Assembly (NCBI GenBank): GCA_963703285.1
Contig: OY969807.1
Coordinates: forward strand, 1,856,001-1,920,000
Length of the DNA stretch: 64,000 nt
Direction: 5' to 3'
Origin: an uncultured Nitrososphaerota archaeon
GTDB taxonomy: Archaea; Thermoproteota; Nitrososphaeria; Nitrososphaerales; Gagatemarchaeaceae
The translations under genes and the position numbers were made by a program. Below, piece after piece: positions 29,325 to 39,476 of the stretch. The notes under the pieces are model-generated. The model saw only the letters and a list, made by a program, of their open reading frames with translations. It made no database searches and was not told the DNA's origin. Positions within the stretch are counted from its first letter, which is position 1. The number at the start of each line of letters is the position of its first letter.

Positions 29325-30001
29325 GTCGTGTCTGTGTTTGATGTGGTCGTGCGTCATTAATACCTTTGTCCGAATGGCGCTACTTTGCATGGAATAGTTG
29401 TGGTAGGTAGGGGAATATAGTCCTACGGTTTAGGACGGCTGTTCTGATGTTTGACTACAGTTCTTCGGGCATTGCTCCTTACAGCAGAGAGGTAGCAGGC
29501 TACCTCTTTTCGTGACGCGCAGGGGCTCGCTTACAGGTACTTCTCGAGCAAGGATGAGATTGTCGCAACCCTGGTCAGGAGGATGATCCAATCGAGAGGC
29601 AAGCTAACCTCGATGGTCCGGGAGATGCCGGGAACCCCAGGAGCGCGTCTCTTCAAGGTCGTATCGACGATGGTCGACAACAGGCGGGAGCGGCCTGAGT
29701 ACCACCAGATGATGTACCAGGGGATGGCCGACGAGAACTTGTCGCAGGAGCTGCGCGATGCCATAAGCGAGCAGAGGAGAGCCGTCAACGAGATAGTGCG
29801 GGGTCTCATCGTCGAGGGTCAGGCGACGGGTGAGGTCGCGGGGGACGACCCGGATCAGCTGGTCACGGCTGTTATGGCGTGTCTCGACGGCCTCTCGAGG
29901 AGGGTGTTGACGATGCCTCACGGCGAGTCCGGGGAGAAGTTGCCGCCCCCCGGGATAATCCTGAGGATGCTCAGGCCGGACGTGGGGAGGGTGAGCCTGG
30001 G

Positions 30002-31051
30002 TTGAAGCTGAAGGGCGTCTGTTACGATGTCGGAGCTGTTATGGGCTTCAATTGGCGTCCAGTCTTCGACCCGAAGGTTGTACGCCGGGAGCTGGAGGTC
30101 ATCAAGAACGACCTGCATTGCAACGCGGTGAGCATCAGCGCCCTGGATGTTGGTCGGATTGTGACCGCCGCAACAGCCGCGCTCGAGGAGGGGCTCGAGG
30201 TCTGGCTCTCGCCTCTGCTGTGGGACAAGAGCGAGGATGAGACCGTCGCGTACTTGGCCAAGGCGGCCGGGCGGCTGGAGGCTCTCCGCAAGCGGTGGCC
30301 CGACAAGGTGGTGCTGAGCGTCGCCTCAGAGTCCACGCTGTTCATGCAGGGGATACTCGAGGGGAAGAACATCATCCAGCGGCTCGGAAACCCAAAGTTC
30401 AGAGCGAGAATCATGGCCGGCGAGCACAACGGGCCGCTCAACGCGTTCCTCGGCAAGGCCGTGGCTGCAGTCAGGAAGGAGTTCAAGGGCAAGCTGACCT
30501 ACCACTCCCTCATCTGGGAGAAGGTCGACTGGAGCCTCTTCGACTACGTCGGCGTGGACCACTACCGGGCCAAGGACATCGAAGACAAGTACGTCGAGAT
30601 GCTGAAGCCGCTCTTCGACAGCGGCAAGCCCGTGGTGGTCACGGAGTTCGGGTATGGGACCTACCAGAGCGACGGGAAGCTCGCCCAGGTCCTGCTGGGA
30701 GGAGGGGACGTCGACTTCAAGTCGCAGTTCTTCCACGCCCTACCGGTCGTGGGAAGGTTCGTCCGTCCCAAGGTGCGGGTCATCCACCCGCGCGACGAGG
30801 CCTGGCAGGCGCGCAAGGTCGTCGAGACCCTGGAGATTCTCGACGACGCGGGCGTGGACGGAGCCTTCGTGTCGCAGTTCGTGTCCCAGATCAATCCCTT
30901 CGATGAGGACCCGAGGTACGACCTGGACTTGGCAGGAAGCACCCTCGTCAAGAGCTTCGAAGGGGGAAGGAGGGGCACCACCTATCCAGATATGCCGTGG
31001 GAGCCGAAGGAGTCCTTCAGGGCCGTGGCCGACTATTACGCCACCCACTAG
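30002..31051 (+). CDS. TIM-barrel glycoside-hydrolase-like protein
   Basis: KGVCYDVG, DLHCNAV, KPVVVTEFG; TTGA overlap with the TetR stop. Confidence 0.6.
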   Translation: MKLKGVCYDVGAVMGFNWRPVFDPKVVRRELEVIKNDLHCNAVSISALDVGRIVTAATAALEEGLEVWLSPLLWDKSEDETVAYLAKAAGRLEALRKRWPDKVVLSVASESTLFMQGILEGKNIIQRLGNPKFRARIMAGEHNGPLNAFLGKAVAAVRKEFKGKLTYHSLIWEKVDWSLFDYVGVDHYRAKDIEDKYVEMLKPLFDSGKPVVVTEFGYGTYQSDGKLAQVLLGGGDVDFKSQFFHALPVVGRFVRPKVRVIHPRDEAWQARKVVETLEILDDAGVDGAFVSQFVSQINPFDEDPRYDLDLAGSTLVKSFEGGRRGTTYPDMPWEPKESFRAVADYYATH

Positions 31052-31273
31052 CAATGGCGGCACAGGAAACGAGGCTCTCCATAAGCTGGAACAGGAAGCC
31101 ACTAGGACCGACAGCAATCTGGCAATAGCCCGCATCATTCAACGAGAGAGACGGCATCACCGGGGGTTTCAAGACGACGTTTCCTTGCAGTCCAGTCGTC
31201 CACTCCCCCCGCTTTGCTGGAGTGTGCAGCCTTTAGAGGGTAATCTGGCTAGCGGAACATTGTTCTGTACCCG

Positions 31274-31744
31274 TCAGTCACCGACCGGGGGGACGTATTC
31301 TTCCTCAGCACGGGACTTGTCCTGGAGATGCTCGAGCTCAGAATAGAAGTCCTTGGCGATTCGGAATGCCGCGTCGCTCTCGCGCATAAGGACCCGATGG
31401 AAGGTGGAGAACCTCTGATTGGGGGGCGTCACCTTCTCCGCGGGCGATAGCATCGAGAGGAACATGTCCCTCCTCTGCCTGTACAGGGCGATCTTCGCCG
31501 CGCACTCGTAATCGATTCGAGCCAGGATCTTGTCTCCAGAGGCTCTCGCCTCGTCGGCGGTCCTCTTGAGGTCCTCGGGCTCCCCCAGCTGCGCGACCTG
31601 CTCCCGGGGGTTGAGGAGGAGAAAGTACTCCATCGCGTCATGGAGGGCCATGCCGTTGGCAACCAACGCCTCCAGGGACGGGATTGGTTGTTGGTCCTGT
31701 GGGTCACCGGCCGCAATCTCACTCTCCCTCAGCTCTTCCGGCAT
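31274..31744 (-). CDS. Hypothetical protein
   Basis: Helical-looking ORF; no recognisable motif. Confidence 0.5.
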   Translation of the reverse strand: MPEELRESEIAAGDPQDQQPIPSLEALVANGMALHDAMEYFLLLNPREQVAQLGEPEDLKRTADEARASGDKILARIDYECAAKIALYRQRRDMFLSMLSPAEKVTPPNQRFSTFHRVLMRESDAAFRIAKDFYSELEHLQDKSRAEEEYVPPVGD

Positions 31745-32009
31745 TCTTTCTCCGGAGGAAGGCAACATGCTGTCGAGAGCCGGCCCCTGCCCTTATCACC
31801 TACTGAACAATTCAACGAAGAAATGTGCCACAGCCGGTTCCGAACTGGGACGTCGCATGTGCATACGGTATTTGTCGAATGGCGAGGCAGATTCCGACCT
31901 TCGCCCGCTCGAATTTTCGATCCGAACGCCGCAGGAGCTAGAGAGAAGAGACCCGTCAAATCATTAATCACACATAACAGTCGACAGAAGTTGTCCTGAC
32001 AGATTTACG

Positions 32010-32180
32010 ATGCCCGGAAAGAAGCACGTCAGGGGTGTTGGCGCAAAGGAGCAGCGAGAGTACGAGCATATCAAGGAGAGCGCGGAGAAATCGGGGCGCT
32101 ACGGCGACCGAGCGGCCGAGGTGGCGGCGCGCACAGTGCTCAACCAGCACAGAGAAAAGGGGCACAGGAAGGGGCAGTAG
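32010..32180 (+). CDS. Small basic protein (REYEHIKES...AARTV family)
   Basis: Manual translation MPGKKHVRGVGAKEQREYEHIKESAEKSGRYGDRAAEVAARTVLNQHREKGHRKGQ; below the ORF-track cutoff. Confidence 0.65.
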   Translation: MPGKKHVRGVGAKEQREYEHIKESAEKSGRYGDRAAEVAARTVLNQHREKGHRKGQ

Positions 32181-32372
32181 AGCCTCTGGACGATCCCGGC
32201 AAAGTCTACCGCGTCAGGCAAATTCTCGCCCTCTCTATCGACGCGGGACCTGAGGGCTGCCGTCCGGCGTGGCCAGAGTGACATCTGGAAGTCCATCGCC
32301 GAGATTCGCACAATAACGAGGTCGAGGAGGACCTTCGTGAGGCTAATAAGTCGCCTCAGCAACCGAGTCCCC

Positions 32373-32927
32373 ATGCCTGTGGGCAGGTTCCAAGTGATGG
32401 CGTTGTTGCAGGCGGCCCGCGCTTACTCCCTGGGTCTCCCCCTCGAGTCAGCCTACTCATGGGGCCTGAACCGAGCCATCTTCTACGCGGCCGCGAAGCG
32501 CGGCTTCAGGGGAGGGAGAGGAAGGACCACCGAGAGAGGCACCGGAGGACCACATCGCCCGCCCGTTGCGAACGAATCGCCGGCAGAGTTCCACCTCGGA
32601 GACGACCTGGCGTTCAAGGACAGGAACAGCAGCGCTTCCAGGCCGATATTTGAAATCGGAGGGCAGCGCCAGACGACGGAGGGTTTCAAGCGACAGGTGG
32701 AGGCGAGGTTCGAGGGCTCTACGTTCGAGGAAGCCTGGAAAGATGCCCTGGACTACGTGCAGCACTTCGACAAGAGAACCCTCGAGTCCCAGAGCGGCTT
32801 TTACTCCGACGTCTACCGGCCGAAGAGGGACGAGTTCGCCAAGAAGTGGACCGAGCTGGGTGGCAAGTCGGGTCAGGCAGGCGGCACGAGGGGAAGGGCC
32901 GCGAAACCGGAAAGAACGCGGGGTTAA
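32373..32927 (+). CDS. Conserved-looking hypothetical protein
   Basis: VGRFQVMALLQAARAY...SWGLNRAIFYAAAKRGF. Confidence 0.6.
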   Translation: MPVGRFQVMALLQAARAYSLGLPLESAYSWGLNRAIFYAAAKRGFRGGRGRTTERGTGGPHRPPVANESPAEFHLGDDLAFKDRNSSASRPIFEIGGQRQTTEGFKRQVEARFEGSTFEEAWKDALDYVQHFDKRTLESQSGFYSDVYRPKRDEFAKKWTELGGKSGQAGGTRGRAAKPERTRG

Positions 32928-33050
32928 GCTGCGAGACCGGTCCGGGCCCACCCCGCGACCGCCTCTGCGAGCTCCTCGCTCGGCGACCACCACTCCGATC
33001 CTCCGCCAGATGATGCTCCGGCAAAGGGCAGCCGGACGCTTGGGCCGACC

Positions 33051-33200
33051 TTACTTCGGGTGGCCGTACCTGTGTGGGTCCTTGTCGAAGGCGGTCTTGC
33101 AGGCCGACGAACAGAAGTAGAACGCCTTCCCCTCGTGCTCAGACTTCAGCTTCGCAGTCCTCTCGTCCACCATCATTCCGCACACAGGGTCTTTCATCAT
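33051..33200 (-). CDS. YHS/TRASH-domain metal chaperone (CopM-like)
   Basis: Manual translation MMKDPVCGMMVDERTAKLKSEHEGKAFYFCSSACKTAFDKDPHRYGHPK. Confidence 0.88.
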   Translation of the reverse strand: MMKDPVCGMMVDERTAKLKSEHEGKAFYFCSSACKTAFDKDPHRYGHPK

Positions 33201-33246
33201 CGTTGTCTCAACGGGGTGTGGGTTTCCTTCCTATATCAAAACTCGC

Positions 33247-33263
33247 CTTTACGAATGTTAAGC
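33247..33263 (-). promoter_or_regulatory. Candidate CopR operator, copy 1 (GCTTAACATTCGTAAAG)
   Basis: 15/17 identical to 33920-33936; semi-palindromic; upstream of the TATA of the YHS gene. Confidence 0.7.
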
Positions 33264-33292
33264 TTTTATGGTAGGAGGAGTCCGAACCATTC

Positions 33293-33916
33293 GTGATCCC
33301 CGACGCTGTAGACACCAAGATACTCGAGGTTCTAATGTCTGACGGAAGGGCATCCTTCAGGCAGATCGCACAACGGACCTCCCTCACCACCCCGACAGTG
33401 TCCTCTCGATTAGCGAGGATGACGAAGGCCGGCCTCATCAAGAAGTTCGTGCCGATACTATCTGCGGACTCGGTCAATCGTGGCGTCATGGCCCTCGTGA
33501 CGCTGAGGGTGAGCTTAGCTTCAGCCCAGAAGATTGCGGACGGCCTCGCAGAACTGCGGGAGGTAGAAGCCGTCTACATGACGACGGGACAAAGCATCAC
33601 CCTGAAAGTTACTCTTGACTCCGCCCAAGAGGTTCAATCATTCCTGGCGAAGAACTTGCTCAATAGAAAGGGAGTAGAGGTGACGTCCAGCCAGATCATC
33701 ACAAGCACCGTCAAAGAGGAGCCTGCCTCGCTTCTTCCGGGGAATCTCGTAATGAACCTGAAGTGCGACCACTGTGGAGGGAAAGTGACGAGCGGCAGGC
33801 CGTACACCCTCGCGGCCGGCTCCTCTCACTACTACTTCTGCTGCAAGACCTGCAGGAAAGACTACCTTGAAGAGCACGGCAAGAGGCTTGCGAAGATGAG
33901 CGAATCCGACAAATGA
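33293..33916 (+). CDS. copR: Copper-responsive regulator (Lrp/AsnC HTH + C-terminal TRASH; CopR/CopT-like)
   Basis: DTKILEVLMSDGRASFRQIA HTH; CDHCG...YYFCCKTC. Confidence 0.85.
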   Translation: MIPDAVDTKILEVLMSDGRASFRQIAQRTSLTTPTVSSRLARMTKAGLIKKFVPILSADSVNRGVMALVTLRVSLASAQKIADGLAELREVEAVYMTTGQSITLKVTLDSAQEVQSFLAKNLLNRKGVEVTSSQIITSTVKEEPASLLPGNLVMNLKCDHCGGKVTSGRPYTLAAGSSHYYFCCKTCRKDYLEEHGKRLAKMSESDK

Positions 33917-33919
33917 CAG

Positions 33920-33936
33920 GCTTGACGTTCGTAAAG
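33920..33936 (+). promoter_or_regulatory. Candidate CopR operator, copy 2 (GCTTGACGTTCGTAAAG)
   Basis: Matches copy 1; upstream of a TTTAAG TATA-like element and the copA ATG. Confidence 0.7.
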
Positions 33937-33976
33937 ACGCTGATTTAAGAAAAGGGAAAGGTCGCCTGCATTCCGA

Positions 33977-36076
33977 ATGGCAACCGACCCTGTTTGTGGA
34001 ATGTACGTCGACGAAGCCACCGCCGAGCTGAAGGCGGAGGTCAGGGGCGTCACGTACTACTTCTGCAGCGAGTCGTGCATGCAAGAGTTCCTGACCCCAG
34101 AGAAGGAGCTCAGAGAGCTCAAGATTGAGGTCCTCGCTTCGGCTTTGCTCTCAATCCCGATACTGATCTTCACCTACGTCTCTCCTCTGACCGCGCGGCC
34201 TTCCGACTACGTCCTCTTCGCGCTCGACACACCCATCCAGTTCGTCGTCGGATGGAGATTCTACAGAGGGACCTACGACAGTCTCAAAAACCGGATGGGG
34301 AACATGGACGTGCTAATAGCGCTCGGCACGTCGGCGGCGTGGGCGTACTCGACGGTCGTCACCTTCGCCCCCGGCCTCTTCCCCTCCTCGGGGGTCTACT
34401 TCGACACGTCGGCGGTCATAATCACGCTGATACTGACGGGCCGGTATCTGGAGCACGTGACGAAGAGCAGGGCCTCCGCGGCGGTGAGGGAGCTCGTCGA
34501 CCTTCAGCCAACAGTCGCTCACAGGATAGATGAGAAGGGCACGGAGGTCGACGTCCCCATCGAGCGTGTAGAGGTCGGAGACGTCCTCGTCGTCAGGCCG
34601 GGGGAGAAGATACCAGTGGACTCGATTGTCCTAGAGGGCAGGTCGGCCGTCGACGAATCGATGATCACCGGAGAGAGCATCCCGGCGGAGAAGTCGCCGG
34701 GTGACGAGGTGATAGGCGCGACTATCAACAAGTCCGGACTCCTCAAGCTCAAAGCGGACAAGGTGGGCCAGGACACGGCCCTCTCCCAGATAGTCAAGCT
34801 CGTCGAGGAGGCGCAGGCTGGAAAAGCGCCCATACAGAGGCTCGCAGACAGGATCGCGTCCTACTTCGTTCCGATCGTCATCACTGCGGCTGCCGTCGCC
34901 AGCCTGTCCTGGTACTCCTTCGGGCACATAGGGTTCGGGTTCTCCGTGCTCGTCTTCGTCTCGGTCGTGGTGATATCGTGCCCCTGCGCATTGGGCATCG
35001 CCACACCAGCGGCGCTCCTCGTCGGCACTAGCAAGGGAGCTCAGAGCGGGGTGCTGATCAAGGGAGGCGAGTACCTCGAGCTTGCCAGCAAAGTGGACAC
35101 AGTGGTGTTCGACAAAACGGGGACTCTCACCTCCGGAAGACCCTCGGTCACAGACATCGTCCCAATGGACGGCCTCAGTTCCGAGCAGCTTCTGCATCTT
35201 GCGGCGTCTGTCGAGAGAGGTTCCGAGCATCCGTTGGGCGAGGCCATAGTCAACGAGGCGAAGAGTCGCTCCATCCGTCTTTCCGACCCGCAGGAGTTTG
35301 AGGCGATACCGGGAGAGGGCGTCAGTGCCACGGTCGACGGCGGGGCTGTCCTGCTCGGAAACAGGCGACTCATGGCAGAGAGCGGCGACGACCTGTCCGT
35401 AGCGGAGGCTGAGATCGGCAAGCTGGAAGACGAAGGCAAGACTGCGATGATTGTCTCCCTCGACGGGAAGGTCGCAGGAGTGATTGCCGTCGCGGATACC
35501 GTGAAGCCCTCTGCCAAGGCGACCGTCGAGGCCCTGAAGGGGATGGGAGTTCAGGTGGTCATGCTGACCGGAGACAACGCTCGAACCGCTCGAACCATCG
35601 CACGGAAGATCGGCATCGACAAGTTCCTAGCCGAAGTCGTTCCGCAGCAGAAAGAGGAGAAGATAGAGGCTCTGCAAAAGGAGGGAAGAGTCGTCGCCAT
35701 GGTTGGGGACGGAATCAACGACGCACCGGCGCTGGCCAAGGCAGACGTCGGCATAGCCATTGGAAGCGGAACCGACATTGCGAAGGAGACGGGCGGGATT
35801 GTGCTGATAAGGGACGACCTCCGGAACGTTGCGACGGCTCTCAAGCTCAGCCGGAAGACTCTCGCGAAGATCAAGCAGAACCTGTTCTGGGCGTTCGCCT
35901 ACAACGTGGTCCTGATCCCCGTGGCCGCAGGAGCACTCGTACCGGCCTTCGGTGCCCATGTCTACACCGTCCTCCCCTTCCTGGCGGCTGGCGCGATGGC
36001 CATCAGCTCGGTCACGGTCCTCAGCAACTCGCTGCTCCTCTTCAGGTTCAGGACCGACTACGGTGAGAAAGCTTGA
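33977..36076 (+). CDS. copA: Cu(I)-translocating P1B-type ATPase with N-terminal YHS/TRASH domain
   Basis: [44 protein letters not shown]. Confidence 0.95.
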   Translation: MATDPVCGMYVDEATAELKAEVRGVTYYFCSESCMQEFLTPEKELRELKIEVLASALLSIPILIFTYVSPLTARPSDYVLFALDTPIQFVVGWRFYRGTYDSLKNRMGNMDVLIALGTSAAWAYSTVVTFAPGLFPSSGVYFDTSAVIITLILTGRYLEHVTKSRASAAVRELVDLQPTVAHRIDEKGTEVDVPIERVEVGDVLVVRPGEKIPVDSIVLEGRSAVDESMITGESIPAEKSPGDEVIGATINKSGLLKLKADKVGQDTALSQIVKLVEEAQAGKAPIQRLADRIASYFVPIVITAAAVASLSWYSFGHIGFGFSVLVFVSVVVISCPCALGIATPAALLVGTSKGAQSGVLIKGGEYLELASKVDTVVFDKTGTLTSGRPSVTDIVPMDGLSSEQLLHLAASVERGSEHPLGEAIVNEAKSRSIRLSDPQEFEAIPGEGVSATVDGGAVLLGNRRLMAESGDDLSVAEAEIGKLEDEGKTAMIVSLDGKVAGVIAVADTVKPSAKATVEALKGMGVQVVMLTGDNARTARTIARKIGIDKFLAEVVPQQKEEKIEALQKEGRVVAMVGDGINDAPALAKADVGIAIGSGTDIAKETGGIVLIRDDLRNVATALKLSRKTLAKIKQNLFWAFAYNVVLIPVAAGALVPAFGAHVYTVLPFLAAGAMAISSVTVLSNSLLLFRFRTDYGEKA

Positions 36077-36339
36077 GTGAGAAGAAAGAGAAAGGGAGAA
36101 GAGCGGTATTCTCGGTGAGAAACATGGATTGCGCGACCTGCGGCCTCGCCTTAGAGAAGAGGCTGAGAAAGATGGAGGGCATCGAAGGGGTAGGAAGCGC
36201 CATCATGCTGAACAAGGTCTTCGTCGACTACGACGAGACCAAGATCGGCGTCCCACAGATAATGAGAGCGATCAAGGACGCCGGATACTCGAACTTCGTG
36301 ACGGCGTCGGAGACGCGAGAATCACCGCGACACCCATGA
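36073..36339 (+). CDS. Heavy-metal-associated (HMA) domain protein
   Basis: MDCATC motif; overlaps the copA stop. Confidence 0.85.
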   Translation: MSEKKEKGRRAVFSVRNMDCATCGLALEKRLRKMEGIEGVGSAIMLNKVFVDYDETKIGVPQIMRAIKDAGYSNFVTASETRESPRHP

Positions 36340-36342
36340 CGG

Positions 36343-38058
36343 TTAGGCCTTCGAGCCTGCCGCATTCGCCTCCGGAGCCGGAATCGGTTGCACTTGCACC
36401 TTCTCTCGATACATGTACATCTTGCCCCTCAGAAGCGACGCCACGGCCGCGGCAATGGAGAGCGCTGCCCCGATGTAGAATGCCAGGTCCAAGGCCGAGA
36501 TGAACGCAGGAGCTATCGCGTTCGGGAAGAAGATCTTGCCCTCTAGGGTTGTCACCACCGTCTGGGGAATCTGGGCGACCACTGAAGACAGCTGCGGCAT
36601 GGAAAGTATCTGCTGCATCGGGTTGTAACCCAGAAAGGCCGAGAAGAGCGCGCTCGTCGGCGAGATTGATGTGAACGCACCTGCGAGCTGCGGGACTCCG
36701 GCGTTGGTCATCGCCGTCGAAAGTGCGTTCGGCAGACTGCTGGACAGCCCGGTGATTATCACGGTGAAGAAGATCGCTAGGCTCACCGTCTGCCCCGTGT
36801 TCTGGAGCGTCGCCCGCATCCCGGAGGCTGCCCCCCTGTCCTGCGGGGGGACCGAGTTCATGATCGAGGCTGTGTTTGGAGCCGCGAACATCCCTCCTCC
36901 GAGCCCCATGATGAAGATGATTGCCGCAAACGTCGGGTAGCTGAAGTTGTAAGGAAGGAAAGAAAGGGCGAGAAAGGTGCTAGCGGTGACAATGCATCCG
37001 AGGGTCGCGAACGTCCTGGCCCCGTACTTGTCAGAGAGGAATCCGCTCAGCGGACCCATCACTACGAACCCGAGAATCATCGGGATCATGTAGACCCCAG
37101 CCCAGAAGGGCGTGGACTGGTAGCTGACTCCGTGCAGGGGGAGCCATATCCCTTGGAGGAGGATGATGAGCATTATCTGCACCCCGCCTCTCCCCATCGA
37201 CGCTAGAAATCCGGCGATGTTCGCGGCGGTGAACATCCGGTTCCCGAAAAGCTCCATACGAAACATCGGGTCAGGCACCCTGCGCTCTATGAAAGGGAAG
37301 ACCACGAGCAGAGCGAACCCTGAAGCCAGCGAGGCTATGACCCATGGATCACCCCATCCCATCGAGGAACTCCCGAACGGAATCAGGGCGTAGGTGACAC
37401 CTACGAGCAACAGGGTCAGCCCTCCCCCGAAGGCGGCATTCCCCAAGATGTCGATTCTCTGATTCAATCTTCGTGTGGCGACTTCCTTGAGCTTCGTGTA
37501 CGACCAGACGGTGCCCACCGCTCCCACGGGCACGCTCACCAGGAAGATGTAGCGCCAGTCGTAGAGCGCTAGAATCCCGCCCAGCACCAGGCCGATGACG
37601 GAGCCGGCGATGACGGCGGTTATGTTTATCCCGAGCGCCCTTCCCCTCTCGTTCTCGGGAAAAGCGTCGGTCAGAATCGCAGCGCTGTTGGCGAACAGGA
37701 AAGCGCCTCCGACTCCCTGAATGATCCTGAACGCGATGAGCTCCGTCGCCCCAAGATCACCGGTGCTGGGCGTAATGGCGCAGAGAAGCGAACCTGCGGT
37801 GAAGATTACGAAGCCCAGGTTGAACAGCCTGACCCTGCCAAATATGTCCGAGATGCGGCCGAAGGACACGAGAAGGACAGATGTCACCAGGCTGTAACCG
37901 AAGAGGATCCACAGGAGGTACTGGAAAGAAGTGAGGGGGTCAATCGAGAGTCCCCGGAATATCGCGGGGAGGGAGATCAGGACGATGGTTCCGTCGATGC
38001 CTGCCATCAGCGTCCCGATCGTTGTGTTGGAGAGCGCGACCCACTTGTACTCGACCGT
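36343..38058 (-). CDS. MFS transporter (DHA2-like), probable ACG start
   Basis: [31 protein letters not shown]; frame extends 17 codons above ATG 38007 ([16 protein letters not shown]) to ACG 38058 after TGA. Confidence 0.88.
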   Translation of the reverse strand, partial: TVEYKWVALSNTTIGTLMAGIDGTIVLISLPAIFRGLSIDPLTSFQYLLWILFGYSLVTSVLLVSFGRISDIFGRVRLFNLGFVIFTAGSLLCAITPSTGDLGATELIAFRIIQGVGGAFLFANSAAILTDAFPENERGRALGINITAVIAGSVIGLVLGGILALYDWRYIFLVSVPVGAVGTVWSYTKLKEVATRRLNQRIDILGNAAFGGGLTLLLVGVTYALIPFGSSSMGWGDPWVIASLASGFALLVVFPFIERRVPDPMFRMELFGNRMFTAANIAGFLASMGRGGVQIMLIILLQGIWLPLHGVSYQSTPFWAGVYMIPMILGFVVMGPLSGFLSDKYGARTFATLGCIVTASTFLALSFLPYNFSYPTFAAIIFIMGLGGGMFAAPNTASIMNSVPPQDRGAASGMRATLQNTGQTVSLAIFFTVIITGLSSSLPNALSTAMTNAGVPQLAGAFTSISPTSALFSAFLGYNPMQQILSMPQLSSVVAQIPQTVVTTLEGKIFFPNAIAPAFISALDLAFYIGAALSIAAAVASLLRGKMYMYREKVQVQPIPAPEANAAGSKA

Positions 38059-38246
38059 TCAGGCTTCACCCTTGCCCGTTGTAACGGGCCCAGTAGCCCG
38101 AGCATCCGTCAGCCGACCAATCAAACTGTGAGGGCGTCTAGGACTGCTCACAAAAAGGTATCTGTCGGCCCTCGGGTCGCGGTCCGTCTGTATCCTGCGG
38201 CTCTTCGTGAATTAGGTCGACCCTGCACGGAGGATCTGCCCGGCAG

Positions 38247-39323
38247 CTACCCGAGCACTTCCTTGAAGACGCGCAGGAAGTTCCCACCAAGGATTTTTCC
38301 CACCTCGCCTTCCGAGTACCCCTTCTCGATCAGGGCGCACGTCAGGTTAGGGACCTTGGTCACGTCCTCCAGACCTGCGACCTTCAGGTCCTCCACCTTC
38401 CTGCCCCATCCGTCGGCCTGGCTCTCGCCGAGCCAAGCCATCCGCGCGGGCGTGCAGTAGTCCATGAAGTCGAATCCCAACCCCACGTGGTCGATCCCAA
38501 CGAGTCCGATCACGTGCTCCACGTGGCGCACACAGTCATCCACGGTAGCCTGCTTCTCGGTCAGGAAGTAGCTCAACCCCGCGATGCCCACGACGCCCCC
38601 CCTGTCGGCTACGGCCTGGATCTGCCTGTCCGTCACATTCCTCCAAGGGACGTCGGCCGATCTGAAGGGAGAGAGGTCCCTGCATCCGGTGTGCGAGACG
38701 ATGGGGACGTTCTTCGCGATCTCGATTGCCTCGAAGAAGCAGCGCTCGGAAATGTGAGCCAGGTCGAGCATGACGTGCAGCCTTTCCATCTCGTCGATGA
38801 CACGTCTACCGAGATTGGTTAGGCCGCCGCTATCGCGTATCCCGGCTCCGTCTGCAAGCTGGTTCCTCACGTTGTGGGTCAGCGAAATCGATCTGACGCC
38901 AAGGCGGTGCAGACTCCTCAGGACCGCAAGGCTGCCTTCGAGCGGCTTTGCTCCCTCCAGGGCCAGAAGCATGGAGAACTTCCCCTCGGCCCTGGCCTTC
39001 TCCATCTCAGAGCCGCTGAGGGCGACGGTCATCCGCCCCTCCGTCTCGCCGGCCTCCTGGAAAGTATCATCCACGATTTCGATGGTCTGTCTCGCAGCCC
39101 CCTCGAAGTATGTCTCCCACCTCGCCCAGTCCCCACCGACTGTGGAGACCGCGCCGTGCACCCCGCCTTGTCGGAGGCGAGGCAGGTGAATCCTCTGCAT
39201 GACCATCCCCTCGCCGTCTGCCCTCCTCGGGTAGACGTCCGCCATGGGGATGTCGGAGTGCGCGTCGAGCACGAAGCTCTTGGAGTGAATCTTCCTTGCT
39301 GCATCGTACGTAGAGGGAATCAT
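38247..39323 (-). CDS. Membrane dipeptidase (M19) family
   Basis: DAHSD, LALEGA, DLAHIS, SHTGC, DHVGLGFDF, GGNFLRV. Confidence 0.9.
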   Translation of the reverse strand: MIPSTYDAARKIHSKSFVLDAHSDIPMADVYPRRADGEGMVMQRIHLPRLRQGGVHGAVSTVGGDWARWETYFEGAARQTIEIVDDTFQEAGETEGRMTVALSGSEMEKARAEGKFSMLLALEGAKPLEGSLAVLRSLHRLGVRSISLTHNVRNQLADGAGIRDSGGLTNLGRRVIDEMERLHVMLDLAHISERCFFEAIEIAKNVPIVSHTGCRDLSPFRSADVPWRNVTDRQIQAVADRGGVVGIAGLSYFLTEKQATVDDCVRHVEHVIGLVGIDHVGLGFDFMDYCTPARMAWLGESQADGWGRKVEDLKVAGLEDVTKVPNLTCALIEKGYSEGEVGKILGGNFLRVFKEVLG

Positions 39324-39476
39324 GGACGCAGTTCTTCACCGCGTCACTCGAGAAGTCTGCATCATATCCGTTTCCATCTCAGCAATGCGGGTTCAAGCTG
39401 AGCTACCGTCCCGTCGAGCAACTGACGCCGCCTATCGCGTCCTGATGGTCGCACAACTTGCTCGCATTGAACTCGG

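Larger units (their letters stand above)
26207..29520 (-). mobile_element. Group II intron (3314 nt) with RT-maturase-HNH IEP and a passenger gene
   Basis: 5' GCGCG; DI stem 29473-29484/28326-28337; DII/DIII at about 28320-28185; DV 26304-26271 (AAGCCCGGTGATGCGAAAGTATCACGCCGGGTTT); DVI with bulged A 26213; ends defined by TetR reconstitution. Confidence 0.92.
26071..30005 (+). pseudogene. TetR/AcrR regulator split by an antisense group II intron (exons 26071-26206 and 29521-30005)
   Basis: Joining the exons restores the HTH (VAEEAGVS|QGLAYRYFSSKDEI) and a 206-aa open frame. Confidence 0.88.

Noticed and set aside
30002-31051. Anti-phage abortive-infection gene
   Set aside because: Similar proteins sometimes carry that label, but the sequence only shows GH-like TIM-barrel motifs and there is no defence context.
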